This document shows positions 28,497-37,847 of a DNA stretch of 64,000 nucleotides, piece by piece. Below the pieces are notes generated by a model that did not search any database, was not told the origin of the DNA, and saw only the letters and a program-made list of their open reading frames with translations. The stretch is from an uncultured virus (IMG/VR IMGVR_UViG_3300042901_000352) (lineage: Duplodnaviria; Heunggongvirae; Uroviricota; Caudoviricetes), in IMG/VR virus record IMGVR_UViG_3300042901_000352. One strand, given 5' to 3'. Each line of letters opens with the position of its first letter. The stretch's first letter is position 1. Position numbers and translations under genes: made by a program.

Positions 28497-28954
28497 TAAC
28501 TGACAACAATACATACATAGAAGAAGTAGATAAACCTCATTTAAAAGTAGCTAATGACATTGCACTCATGTTTGACTATGGTGATGTTGTAACAAACGAA
28601 TGGTTAGCGGACAACTTTAAACTTAAATTGCCTACTTATGGGTCTAAAAAACAATTTGAAGCTTATGCTTTTGAGTTCCTAGGTATGCTGGAAGGCGTGA
28701 AGAAAAGTCTTTTAGAAGATCATAAGATGTACCTTACTAATGTAAGAGGTAAAGGCTACCTTATAGTGCTACCCAACAGACAATCAGATGTTGCGGTAGA
28801 GAAGTTAAAAAAGTCTTTATCTTCTGAAATTAATAAAGCCTTCCGAGCAATAACTAATGTGAACGAAGCTCTATTAACTAACGAAGACATACTGAAGAAA
28901 GATTTAAATCATGGGCGAGTAGCTGCCATCGCAGCCTTTAGCCGACACAAATAA
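28493..28954 (+). CDS. Winged-helix-like protein coupled to the RAMP gene
   Basis: LTNVRGKGYLI wing motif; ATGA overlap. Confidence 0.6.
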   Translation: MITDNNTYIEEVDKPHLKVANDIALMFDYGDVVTNEWLADNFKLKLPTYGSKKQFEAYAFEFLGMLEGVKKSLLEDHKMYLTNVRGKGYLIVLPNRQSDVAVEKLKKSLSSEINKAFRAITNVNEALLTNEDILKKDLNHGRVAAIAAFSRHK

Positions 28955-29011
28955 TATTACGCAGTGCCCTACTCTCCAAGGAAATATCGCAACAAGGATG
29001 TTAAAGGCTAC

Positions 29012-29126
29012 GCTGACGGCTTGAAGTACTATTGATGCCACCTCTATATTAACTGCTAATCATCTTGAGTATAGAGGATAGGTAAAAGGTAAGGGCTAAT
29101 GTAAGTACCATAATCAATAGGTCAGC
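29012..29126 (+). ncRNA. Candidate structured RNA
   Basis: Nested stems GCTGAC/GTCAGC, CTATTGAT/ATCAATAG, CCTCTATATT/AGTATAGAGG. Confidence 0.45.
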
Positions 29127-29150
29127 ATTCAATTAATTATTGGAGGACTT

Positions 29151-29669
29151 ATGACAACAGAAGAACAGATAAAGAAAGCTCTAAGAAATAAAGAGTATAG
29201 AGAAAAGAATAAAGAAGCCCTACGCCTTAAACGTGTAGCTAAATTTGAGGCTAACGAAGAAAAACATAGATCAGAAAAGTTAGCTTGGTACTACAAGAAT
29301 AAAGAAAAACAACTCCAGGAAGAAGATGCCAGCCCAATGATGACCTTGAAGTCCGTTGCTAGACTAATAGGTGTAAGAGAAAATGTAGCACAAAAGATAA
29401 GTAAGACCGAGTCTTATAAGATGCCTAAGCCAAAGATGGCTATGTGCGATGGTAGTAACTTATACTGCCGAATAGAAATTGAGGAATGGATGCCATTCAT
29501 ACGGGAGGTAGTCGCCTTCTATTCAACAAAAAGAAAACTAATCAAACTCACAGGGGCTGCGGTTCACATTGTGAACTTCATGCAAAATAATAAAGCAGTC
29601 ATATCTCATTGTGAGGACGAAAGAACAAGATTGAGGGAACTATGGGTCGAGACGTTGACTACGCACTAA
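29151..29669 (+). CDS. Protein with basic coiled N-terminus and AlpA/Xis-like HTH region
   Basis: MTLKSVARLIGV..MPKP..LY..EIEEW. Confidence 0.55.
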   Translation: MTTEEQIKKALRNKEYREKNKEALRLKRVAKFEANEEKHRSEKLAWYYKNKEKQLQEEDASPMMTLKSVARLIGVRENVAQKISKTESYKMPKPKMAMCDGSNLYCRIEIEEWMPFIREVVAFYSTKRKLIKLTGAAVHIVNFMQNNKAVISHCEDERTRLRELWVETLTTH

Positions 29670-29893
29670 TATTACAAGTTTTATATAGTAAGGGTTATAG
29701 CCTAGCAAGCATAGCAAAAACAACAGGCGCAGCGGTAAGTACATTATCAGCAGTAAAACAAGAATATAAAGCAGTACCTGCTGGATGGCACGATGGATGG
29801 GAGGGTATGGCGATGCAAGAGTATTATAAAAAGGCTGTAGGTGAGAGCCCACCACTAATTGGGGACTACATTGAGTTAGGAGAATATGAATGA
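29642..29893 (+). CDS. HTH DNA-binding protein
   Basis: GYSLASIAKTTGAAVSTLSAV. Confidence 0.6.
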   Translation: MGRDVDYALILQVLYSKGYSLASIAKTTGAAVSTLSAVKQEYKAVPAGWHDGWEGMAMQEYYKKAVGESPPLIGDYIELGEYE

Positions 29894-30090
29894 AATTACA
29901 GCAAATGAAATACCCACTACCAACTAACAATGCACGGTGTATGGGTACAGACTGCAACCAAAAGAACGTATGCCAGAGATACCTGACCATTGAAATAGAT
30001 ACACAGAATTATATATGGCACATGGACGTTAAGAAAGAAATAGATGATGACGAAGTGTGTAATTTTTTTATTGAATTTGGAGGAATGTGA
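29890..30090 (+). CDS. Small Cys-rich hypothetical protein
   Basis: RCMG..C..K..CQRY..CNFF. Confidence 0.6.
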   Translation: MKLQQMKYPLPTNNARCMGTDCNQKNVCQRYLTIEIDTQNYIWHMDVKKEIDDDEVCNFFIEFGGM

Positions 30091-30265
30091 TGATGTTGCA
30101 AAAACTTATACTTACAAGTTTGTTACTTAACTTTGTTTTTGGAATAGGTGGGGTGGTATGTCTGGGTACGAAGTATCACAAATTAGAAAAACTGTGTTGG
30201 TTTTTACTAGGTTTAAACGGTGTTTTTATTTTGGTGGCGGTGTTAATTAAGGTGTGGGGTGTGTG

Positions 30266-30652
30266 ATGAATGATGAAGTAGTAATAAACCTATTTAAGAA
30301 AGTAGCAAGGATCCTAGAGGACGACAAGCAATACGAATGGTTAGCTGATGAGGTCAAAGATTACTTAAATGAGATATATGTTAATAAAGCATTTGAACCT
30401 GAGCAAGAGCCTGTGGCTTGGATGTGGAAAAAACACACGGCGGGAGGGTGGTTAGATGTTGTTAGTATAGATAAACCTACTGCTAATGCACATCAAATAA
30501 ACATTAGACCCCTCTACTACACAGCACCGCAAAAACGTGATCCTTTAACCGATGAAAATGTATGCGCGATATTATTAAAGAAAGAATGGAAAGGTTTTGT
30601 TGATCTGGTTCGTATTATAGAAAAAGAACATGGCATTGGAGTTGGGGAATGA
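30266..30652 (+). CDS. PEQEPVAW-family hypothetical protein
   Basis: PEQEPVAW..PLY..HGIG. Confidence 0.65.
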   Translation: MNDEVVINLFKKVARILEDDKQYEWLADEVKDYLNEIYVNKAFEPEQEPVAWMWKKHTAGGWLDVVSIDKPTANAHQINIRPLYYTAPQKRDPLTDENVCAILLKKEWKGFVDLVRIIEKEHGIGVGE

Positions 30653-30975
30653 GTAAAGAAAGAGAGTTGTTGGAAAAGATTTTAAATACAGGTTGGTTAA
30701 ATCATGAGTTAAGTTGTGAAGTAGAAGCGATCCTCGCCCAGCCTGAGCAAGAGCCTGAGCCTCTTTTAGCAGAAACAAAGATTGAATGGTATGGGAAAGG
30801 GTTTAGACAAGGGGTCAATGAGTTTGCACCACCCAAACCCTTAACAGAAGATGTTATATATGCTCTTGATAAAGAAGGGGTTGTTGAAAATATGGACGAT
30901 CATCAAGTCAGATACGTCATTAGATGGATAAGAAGAGTAGAAAAAGCACATGGCATTGGAGGTGGTAATGAGTAA
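30649..30975 (+). CDS. PEQEP-family hypothetical protein
   Basis: MSKERE..LAQPEQEP..EKAHGIGG. Confidence 0.65.
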   Translation: MSKERELLEKILNTGWLNHELSCEVEAILAQPEQEPEPLLAETKIEWYGKGFRQGVNEFAPPKPLTEDVIYALDKEGVVENMDDHQVRYVIRWIRRVEKAHGIGGGNE

Positions 30976-31336
30976 AGAAAGAGAGATGATTGAGAAATTA
31001 TGTAGTTTTCAAATGACATATAGTGATTGGCTTTTATTAATAGCAGACGCTGAAGAACTTCTCGCCCAACCTGAGCAAGAGCCTGTGGCTTGGAAAGTAA
31101 TAGATGGAACTAATGGGGAGTTTATGTTTTCTAGGGTTAAACCGATGGAACGAAATTACAAATTTGATGTGGTTATACCTCTATACACATCACCACCAAC
31201 CCGTGAGCCTATAACTGGCAAAGAGATATCAAACGGGTTTAAAGCTGATGATGATGCCACACATCCCTACAGTTATTGGGCAGGTGTTGAATTTGCTGAG
31301 AAGCATCACGGCATTGGAGGTGGATGCGATGAGTAG
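30968..31336 (+). CDS. PEQEPVAW-family hypothetical protein
   Basis: MSKERE..LAQPEQEPVAW..EKHHGIGG. Confidence 0.65.
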   Translation: MSKEREMIEKLCSFQMTYSDWLLLIADAEELLAQPEQEPVAWKVIDGTNGEFMFSRVKPMERNYKFDVVIPLYTSPPTREPITGKEISNGFKADDDATHPYSYWAGVEFAEKHHGIGGGCDE

Positions 31337-31345
31337 GGAAAGCAT

Positions 31346-31645
31346 ATGAATATCTATGAAGCTAGATGGAACAATGTTTTGAGCTGGGCAAAGAAAGTCA
31401 AGGAATATTACGATACTGGCAAGTATATGATTAAATGGGATTGGGATTTTTATCCCAATGAATTTGACTTTGTTATCGATGAAGAAAACAGATTAATTTC
31501 CATCGATTCAAAAGATGGAACAACTGGAAATCAGATATACGAATATGATTTAAATTGGGATCACGGCTCTTATACATCTATCACTGAAACCAATAAAATA
31601 TTATCAGAAATTAATTTATATAGGATGGAAAAGGTGAAGATATGA
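31346..31645 (+). CDS. Hypothetical protein
   Basis: ORF track. Confidence 0.55.
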   Translation: MNIYEARWNNVLSWAKKVKEYYDTGKYMIKWDWDFYPNEFDFVIDEENRLISIDSKDGTTGNQIYEYDLNWDHGSYTSITETNKILSEINLYRMEKVKI

Positions 31646-31684
31646 CCGAACAAGGGGCGTTAAAAGCAAAACAGATGAGGCTAT

Positions 31685-31918
31685 ATGATATTTGAAGAAG
31701 AACCAACGCTAAAAGAATTTTCCGATAAATTTAATGAGTATGTAAATGACCTCATGACGACTGACGGAAATATAGCAAGTCATACCTTTCCTGCCGCAAT
31801 CTATTTTGAAGTGGAGGGTTCAGATCATCAATATTCTATAAAAGAATTGGAATTAGGTTATATGGGTGGGTGTGGTTGTCCACAGAGTATTACCATCGTT
31901 ATTAAGCAGGATTACTAA
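31685..31918 (+). CDS. Hypothetical protein
   Basis: ORF track; RBS GAGG. Confidence 0.55.
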   Translation: MIFEEEPTLKEFSDKFNEYVNDLMTTDGNIASHTFPAAIYFEVEGSDHQYSIKELELGYMGGCGCPQSITIVIKQDY

Positions 31919-32152
31919 ATGATGGGTTTATTTAATAAAAATGCTGAGGCATACAAATTGGACTTAAAAGACATTGTGAAAAAGCAAGAAGAAGAAACAG
32001 CGTCCTATTACATGGGAGCTGGTGCTAACGGATCAATAAAATTCCTCATCAATACAAAAATTGGCGTAACTGAACTGATATTTACTAGAGAGAAAGCCAA
32101 ATTTTTAGTCGAGCAGTTTCAGTTTTATATGGGGGAATATGATGAAAAGTGA
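31919..32152 (+). CDS. Hypothetical protein
   Basis: ORF track. Confidence 0.5.
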   Translation: MMGLFNKNAEAYKLDLKDIVKKQEEETASYYMGAGANGSIKFLINTKIGVTELIFTREKAKFLVEQFQFYMGEYDEK

Positions 32153-32376
32153 AAAAGAAATAGAAGAATACATAAATTCATTAAGATCATCAACCGTTAG
32201 TGAGGAATACTATTCTGAAGAATGGGAAGAAGGTTTTGAAGATGGTGTACGATGGTTAGAAAAACAACTGGAGAATAAACAATGAGTAAAGGTAGCAAAC
32301 AAAGACCAACAGATCAAAAAAAGTACAACGACAATTGGGAACAAATATTCGGTAAAAACAAAAAAGAGGAAAAGAA

Positions 32377-32718
32377 ATGAACTTTTATAATTGTGAAGAA
32401 ACTGAAACTAAACTTTATAAATCTAAATCAATAAATGTAGTTTTAATGGTGTTGTTAATAATATCATTAATGTTTAATTTTAAAGATGCATTTGCAGTTG
32501 GCTTATATGCAAAAGATGGAACTTATCTCGGTGAGATGACATCTAATCCTTACGATGCCAATTCAATTAATAATCCGTATGGCAAATATGGCTCACCATA
32601 CTCGCCTTCTAGCATTAAGAACCCATATAGCAAATATGGATCACCGTATAGCACAGAAAGTGTAAATAATCCTTATCTTACGCCAACAGCAGAGCAGCTT
32701 CCTTCTGTCTACGAATAG
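32377..32718 (+). CDS. Secreted/anchored protein with NPYGKYGSPYS repeats
   Basis: Hydrophobic segment ending AFA; repeated S..NPY.KYGSPYS; overlaps lysozyme 3' end convergently. Confidence 0.7.
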   Translation: MNFYNCEETETKLYKSKSINVVLMVLLIISLMFNFKDAFAVGLYAKDGTYLGEMTSNPYDANSINNPYGKYGSPYSPSSIKNPYSKYGSPYSTESVNNPYLTPTAEQLPSVYE

Positions 32719-33109
32719 TAAGACCTTTCAAAACTTTACCAGCAGCTTTATTCCATTTTTTAATTTCAGATGAGGCTGCTATCCAATCTCCAGCATCAAC
32801 TTTCTTTTTTAATGTTGATGATGAATAATTACCAATACCTAAATTATAGATAAAATCTGCTATTGCAGCTTGTTTCTCCATATTAGCATCTGCTAGTATT
32901 GGTGAAGCTTTAATCGCTCTGTTAAGCACTTCTAATGCCGTTTTAATTAAGTCTTCATCAGCTTGTTGTTGTGTCCATACCATTCCTTCTTTTATTCCTT
33001 TGGTTTGTCCATAACCTATAGTCCAAACACCAGCAGGGCATTTATAGGATTTTAAAGAACAACCTTCTGATTCTTTAATAAGCTTCATTAATATTTCTAA
33101 TGCACTCAT
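32678..33109 (-). CDS. Endolysin, GH24 phage lysozyme
   Basis: EGC.L..YKCPAGVWTIGYG, YNLG, GLTIRRQKE. Confidence 0.92.
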   Translation of the reverse strand: MSALEILMKLIKESEGCSLKSYKCPAGVWTIGYGQTKGIKEGMVWTQQQADEDLIKTALEVLNRAIKASPILADANMEKQAAIADFIYNLGIGNYSSSTLKKKVDAGDWIAASSEIKKWNKAAGKVLKGLTIRRQKEAALLLA

Positions 33110-33339
33110 TAGCCACCTTTGCCAAATATATAAGCTATAACCGCAAAGATAGCGCCGACAGAAAATACCACACCGCCAAAAAAACCTTTATTGTTTGCTG
33201 ATTCTTTTTTAAGTTCATCTAAAATCATAAATATTCTATCTGATCTTCTTCTTGAGTCTTCAAGCTCTTTGTGAAGCTCTTGCGTAAGTCCTTCAATTTT
33301 TTGTTCCACTTTTGCAACTCTACAATTAAGGTCTGTCAC
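33109..33339 (-). CDS. Coiled-coil plus TM lysis-module protein
   Basis: Heptads then C-terminal hydrophobic helix. Confidence 0.55.
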   Translation of the reverse strand: MTDLNCRVAKVEQKIEGLTQELHKELEDSRRRSDRIFMILDELKKESANNKGFFGGVVFSVGAIFAVIAYIFGKGG

Positions 33340-33802
33340 GATTTAATCCTTTTATAAAATTTTGGCATAATATAGCATATGTTGCTACTTGATCTGCTCT
33401 GTATGCTTCTGACTTGAGAAATCCTGCAAGTTCTTCTGAAAGTTCGCTTCCATTTTCATCTGATCTAGTAATTTCTGTGGTATCACCAGTTTTGGCTGTG
33501 GTGCAACCACCACTTTTCCTGCCGTTGTCGTACATGCGCTGAGACTTAAAAGAATCACGCTGACTATTAATAGCATTGATCGCTGATACATTTGCGTCCT
33601 CTAGTTCTTTATTAAGCTGTATAGCCTTTATATTGGCTTTATTTGCTTCTTCAGTAAGAATTGCAAGTTGAAGTTCTGCTTCTTTATTCATACTTGCAAT
33701 ACTGTCCGACATCTCAATGATTTCAGCCTTGTCTATCTTATGAGAAATAAAATATCCAGAGCTAAAACCAACAGCAAAAACAATAGCTAATAAATATGGC
33801 AT
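33326..33802 (-). CDS. Rz-like inner-membrane spanin
   Basis: N-terminal TM, coiled coil, RADQV..LCQ end; lysis cassette. Confidence 0.75.
   Translation of the reverse strand: MPYLLAIVFAVGFSSGYFISHKIDKAEIIEMSDSIASMNKEAELQLAILTEEANKANIKAIQLNKELEDANVSAINAINSQRDSFKSQRMYDNGRKSGGCTTAKTGDTTEITRSDENGSELSEELAGFLKSEAYRADQVATYAILCQNFIKGLNRDRP
33385..33591 (-). CDS. Rz1-like outer-membrane lipoprotein spanin nested in Rz
   Basis: Signal peptide with lipobox LSAC, Pro-containing body, GAGGA RBS, alternative frame inside Rz. Confidence 0.8.
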   Translation of the reverse strand: MYQRSMLLIVSVILLSLSACTTTAGKVVVAPQPKLVIPQKLLDQMKMEANFQKNLQDFSSQKHTEQIK

Positions 33803-33963
33803 TAGTCTTTCAACATAACGCCAAGACCGCCTGCAACTCCACCTGCTAATAATAGAAGTTGATCTACTGGCTTATCTAAAAATATAAGCACAGAACCTAT
33901 AATTGCTGTAACAACCCAGATTAAACCACGTTTAGTTGATGCTTCTGACCAATCTATTTTCAT
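33802..33963 (-). CDS. Putative holin (53 aa, 2 TM)
   Basis: Hand translation MKIDWSEASTKRGLIWVVTAIIGSVLIF..LLLLAGGVAGGLGVMLKD*. Confidence 0.7.
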   Translation of the reverse strand: MKIDWSEASTKRGLIWVVTAIIGSVLIFLDKPVDQLLLLAGGVAGGLGVMLKD

Positions 33964-36098
33964 CTTGATACACCCATACCAAGTAAGCCGCCCATCACAG
34001 GAAGCGCTTGTTTAATGCTATTAGATAATGAATATTGCTCTGGAAACATCATCTTTGATGTTGGAACTTCTGCTTGTAATGCGTTTGCACCTGCTTTATA
34101 TCTTGAGCCGAGATCAAATGCTCCTTTTGCTATTGAAGCGCCAGGTATTGATCCAAGCATCTTTCCTATTGCTGGTGCATTTTGCATTAACATAACTCCA
34201 GTATTAGAAGCATTAACTGTACTTGCAGCAGGTGGTTTATTAATATAAGCGCCAACCTTTGCCATGCTATACAGCTTTTCTATTTCATCTGTATTATAAA
34301 ATGCTGATAATTTTTCAGTACCAAACTTATCTAATGCTTTCTTAAATGCATCAGGTCTAAATTCAGCATCACCAGCAGGATTAACTCCAAGTGCTGCATC
34401 TTCTAAATGTTGACCAACTTGCGCTTTAGCTTGTTGAAATGCATCAGGAGCTTTATCTTGCAAGAAAGCCGTTAATCCTTTTACTTGATCTGTGTCGCTG
34501 TTTGATAATATGTGTTTCTTAACAAAAGTATCATTGACAGCGTTATTATTAACAACATCATCAAGAGCTGGTATCCTTCTTAATGTTGCAAAATGATCTG
34601 CTGCTGCTTTTCTTGCAGTATCAAATAATGCTTTTGTATCTTGACCAGAGCCTTCAACAATATCTGCATTGTTTAAAGCATCACGAACATGGCTAATTGC
34701 TAATGCTGCGTTCTTATTGCCTGCTGCATTTGCTGTTCTTTGTGCGTTACTAAACACCGTATCAGCTTGAACTAAATTATTAACATTTAATGGAATCTTA
34801 CCAGATGATATGTCATTCAACATGTTTCTAATGTCATTAGGTAACTGACCACCAAGCATTTCTTGATCTAGCTTATCATTAGCCATTTGGCTAAACTGTT
34901 GCGTATTAACTTGAGCATAGCGACCTTCAGAATTTCTTGCTGCTTTGTACAAGTTATCAATAACAGCCTTTTGCTCATTATGATATTGCTCTAATGGTGA
35001 CATTATAGATTTACCAGCAGCATAAGGCTCTTGAGATCCAGATGATAGTTCATCTAATAAACCACGCATCTTTTGACCTTGCTCAACAAAACGATTACTT
35101 ATTGATGGAATAAGACCACGCAAGTTTCTTTCTTGTGAGAACTGCTCAGGAGTTCTTGTAATCTGACCTAGTGTTGGTTTTATACCTAAATTTTCAAATT
35201 CTGTTTTTCTTACTAATGCAGCAGCATCTGGTTTAACACCAGTTTTTATGGAACTCATTATTGATGATTTTAAACCAGATAATGTTTCTGGTGACATTCC
35301 AGTTATATCAATTCCGCTATCTTGTATTGTTTTTAAGATTGCTTCATCTGTCATTTCATTAGCAGTTCTTTGTACAACTTCTTCTGATGCAGGTTTTAGC
35401 AATCTTGCAAATGGTGCTGCTAATGGCTTTAATACCTTACCAACTAAAACACCACCTGCCCCACCAGCATACCCTTCTAATCCTGATATTGAGCGTTGAT
35501 TTGCATTGCCTGGTGTTGTTAAATAGTTTTGTAATCCTCCTAACAATGCAGCACCTCCAACAGTGGCACTTGCTTCTGGTGCAACCATAGCTGCTGGAAG
35601 TGCATTGATTACATTACCTGTAAACTCACCAACCTTTGAACTTGTTGGAGCATTTTTCATCCACTCTTGTTCTGCTGCAACTTGTTCTCGTTGATTTTTT
35701 AACCATTGTGCATCTTTAGTAAATGGCAAAAGTTCATTAAGACCAAGCATTGCTTTATTACCAGTGGCTTCAATACCTCTCGCAAAGTTAAGCAATGGAC
35801 TGTCTGTATTCTGTGGTTCAGGTTGACTAGCTTGGATAATCTTATCTTTTGTACCGCTAAAAGAACCTTTAGCAACTTGACGATCAAGTTCTGCTTGCAG
35901 TGCATCAGCGTTTTGTATATCACCACTCTTACGCAACTTATCTATCTCAGCAGTCAATTGATCTGGTGTTGAGAATGTTGACTGTAATGTTGGAGCTAAT
36001 GAATCTATTTTTTTGTAGATCCTTAATGCTAGGTCTTTATCACCAAGCTGATAAGCACGTTCAGCATCTGCTTTTAATTCTTCAATATTATCCATCAT
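33960..36098 (-). CDS. Large DNA ejection/injection protein
   Basis: 712 aa helical Ala/Gly-rich, PTLGQIT; last gene of podovirus-type tail operon. Confidence 0.65.
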   Translation of the reverse strand: MMDNIEELKADAERAYQLGDKDLALRIYKKIDSLAPTLQSTFSTPDQLTAEIDKLRKSGDIQNADALQAELDRQVAKGSFSGTKDKIIQASQPEPQNTDSPLLNFARGIEATGNKAMLGLNELLPFTKDAQWLKNQREQVAAEQEWMKNAPTSSKVGEFTGNVINALPAAMVAPEASATVGGAALLGGLQNYLTTPGNANQRSISGLEGYAGGAGGVLVGKVLKPLAAPFARLLKPASEEVVQRTANEMTDEAILKTIQDSGIDITGMSPETLSGLKSSIMSSIKTGVKPDAAALVRKTEFENLGIKPTLGQITRTPEQFSQERNLRGLIPSISNRFVEQGQKMRGLLDELSSGSQEPYAAGKSIMSPLEQYHNEQKAVIDNLYKAARNSEGRYAQVNTQQFSQMANDKLDQEMLGGQLPNDIRNMLNDISSGKIPLNVNNLVQADTVFSNAQRTANAAGNKNAALAISHVRDALNNADIVEGSGQDTKALFDTARKAAADHFATLRRIPALDDVVNNNAVNDTFVKKHILSNSDTDQVKGLTAFLQDKAPDAFQQAKAQVGQHLEDAALGVNPAGDAEFRPDAFKKALDKFGTEKLSAFYNTDEIEKLYSMAKVGAYINKPPAASTVNASNTGVMLMQNAPAIGKMLGSIPGASIAKGAFDLGSRYKAGANALQAEVPTSKMMFPEQYSLSNSIKQALPVMGGLLGMGVSR

Positions 36099-37174
36099 TA
36101 ACCACCATGTTTTTTGCGTAATGCTTCTAACTCAGACCCTGGAGATAATGGTAATTCACCTTTATATCCGTAATCTTTTATGTATGTTTTACGACGCTCA
36201 TTATTAATATCAAGAACTTGTTTTTTTAATGCTTCAAGCTTTTGTTTTGCAATTGGTGCTTCATCTTTTGATGAAGGTAAAAATGGTTTTAGCTTTTCAT
36301 CTTCCTGTATTGATACAGCAGCACCACTTAAGTCATGTCTTTTTTGAGAAGCAATTTCAGAAGCAGCACCTCTTGCAGAAACACCTTCTGGATCGTATCG
36401 TTGCATAATTGCATCAGGCAAATAGTTTTGCAATCCAAATGATTCTGGGTTTTTATCTATCTCAGCAATTGCATTATCTATTTTATTAATTAATGCATTA
36501 TTGGCAACTTGTGCTTCAAATTGTTTTTCTGGTATTGGTCTATATTTAGCAGCTTCTTCTTTTAATATGTCTTGCTCTTCTTTTCTTACCGCTCTATCTG
36601 CTGCTTCTTGCGCTCTATTTTCTGCATTTTGTTGTATTGGCGTTAAATACTGAGATTTTGCAAGATTAGCTTGATACATATTAGTAATATCTGGACTACC
36701 AGGAATACTAACAGGAACAGGAACTAATGCGCCATTTGGTCCATACATCCAGCCAGAAGGAGCATCAGCTCCCTTGCTTGCTTGTTTGATAAGATCAAAA
36801 GCTTTTTCAGTCAATCCTAATTCACCAAGTTTTGATGCAAGTTCTTTTGGTGGCAATGACCAATCAACAGTCTTTAGTTTTTCCTGAGCAATAGCTTCTT
36901 GCTCTAATTTTTTTTTCTTAAGTTCTGCTTCCTGCATCTGAACCTGTCGTAAGATATCAGTTTGTTGGTTTTCTAGTTGACTTTGGTTGTATGCAACTCC
37001 TTGACCTACACCAGTATTAAATCCTTGTAATCCTTGTCCAAGTACGCTTCCTAATGAAACTCCTCTTGGTTGATTATTAGATGCTTGTAACATGCTTGCT
37101 CCAGCATTTAATAACCCTAAACTCATAGGAGTAGGTTTAAATTCAATATTTGACAAAGAGTCTAGTAAGCCCAT
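36098..37174 (-). CDS. DNA ejection protein
   Basis: Coiled coil, LSGAAVS..E..LPS; context. Confidence 0.6.
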   Translation of the reverse strand: MGLLDSLSNIEFKPTPMSLGLLNAGASMLQASNNQPRGVSLGSVLGQGLQGFNTGVGQGVAYNQSQLENQQTDILRQVQMQEAELKKKKLEQEAIAQEKLKTVDWSLPPKELASKLGELGLTEKAFDLIKQASKGADAPSGWMYGPNGALVPVPVSIPGSPDITNMYQANLAKSQYLTPIQQNAENRAQEAADRAVRKEEQDILKEEAAKYRPIPEKQFEAQVANNALINKIDNAIAEIDKNPESFGLQNYLPDAIMQRYDPEGVSARGAASEIASQKRHDLSGAAVSIQEDEKLKPFLPSSKDEAPIAKQKLEALKKQVLDINNERRKTYIKDYGYKGELPLSPGSELEALRKKHGG

Positions 37175-37178
37175 GATA

Positions 37179-37847
37179 TTAACCCATTCTTTGTAGTGGT
37201 GCTGCGCCTTGCATTGTCCGCATACGCATAGATGACAACTGCATCGGAGTAAATTGATTGTTACTTCTTATTGGCATAGGAGCAGGAGGAGCCATAGATT
37301 GTTGCTGTTGTTGATCTTTACCAGCTAATTGACTTCCAAACTCCATAAATTTAGATGCTTTGTTTAAAACATCACCAGAAGGTAATTTGTTTGCTAATGA
37401 TGATAATAGACCAGGATTTGCTGATTGATAAGCACCCATGCTTCCTAATGCTGGTGTAGATAATGAGCCAGCAGAACCACCACTTCCACCAAGCGCAGAA
37501 TTTAATGTTCCCATACCAGCAGAACCCATCATAGGTGTTGATAAGCTTCCTGCGCTTCCTATCGATGGAGCTAATGCTGAATTTAATGCAGCAGCGCCAG
37601 GCTGTGCAATTCCGCCCATATTAGCAATTGCAGAGCCTCCAGCGCCTTCTAAACTAGCAGCTCCACCTAATGCACCACTTCCACCTAAAGCACCAATAGC
37701 AGGACCAACAGCTCCTCCTATTCCTCCCATCAATCCACCCATAAGAGCGCCCTTCCCAGCATTTTTATTAGTTGCAGCGCCTAATCCAGCTCCAAGCATT
37801 GCACTACCTAAGATAGCGCCTGTTGTACCGCCAATTATAAATGTCAT
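37179..37847 (-). CDS. Gly/Ala-rich ejection/pilot protein
   Basis: Hydrophobic Gly-rich N-terminus. Confidence 0.55.
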   Translation of the reverse strand: MTFIIGGTTGAILGSAMLGAGLGAATNKNAGKGALMGGLMGGIGGAVGPAIGALGGSGALGGAASLEGAGGSAIANMGGIAQPGAAALNSALAPSIGSAGSLSTPMMGSAGMGTLNSALGGSGGSAGSLSTPALGSMGAYQSANPGLLSSLANKLPSGDVLNKASKFMEFGSQLAGKDQQQQQSMAPPAPMPIRSNNQFTPMQLSSMRMRTMQGAAPLQRMG

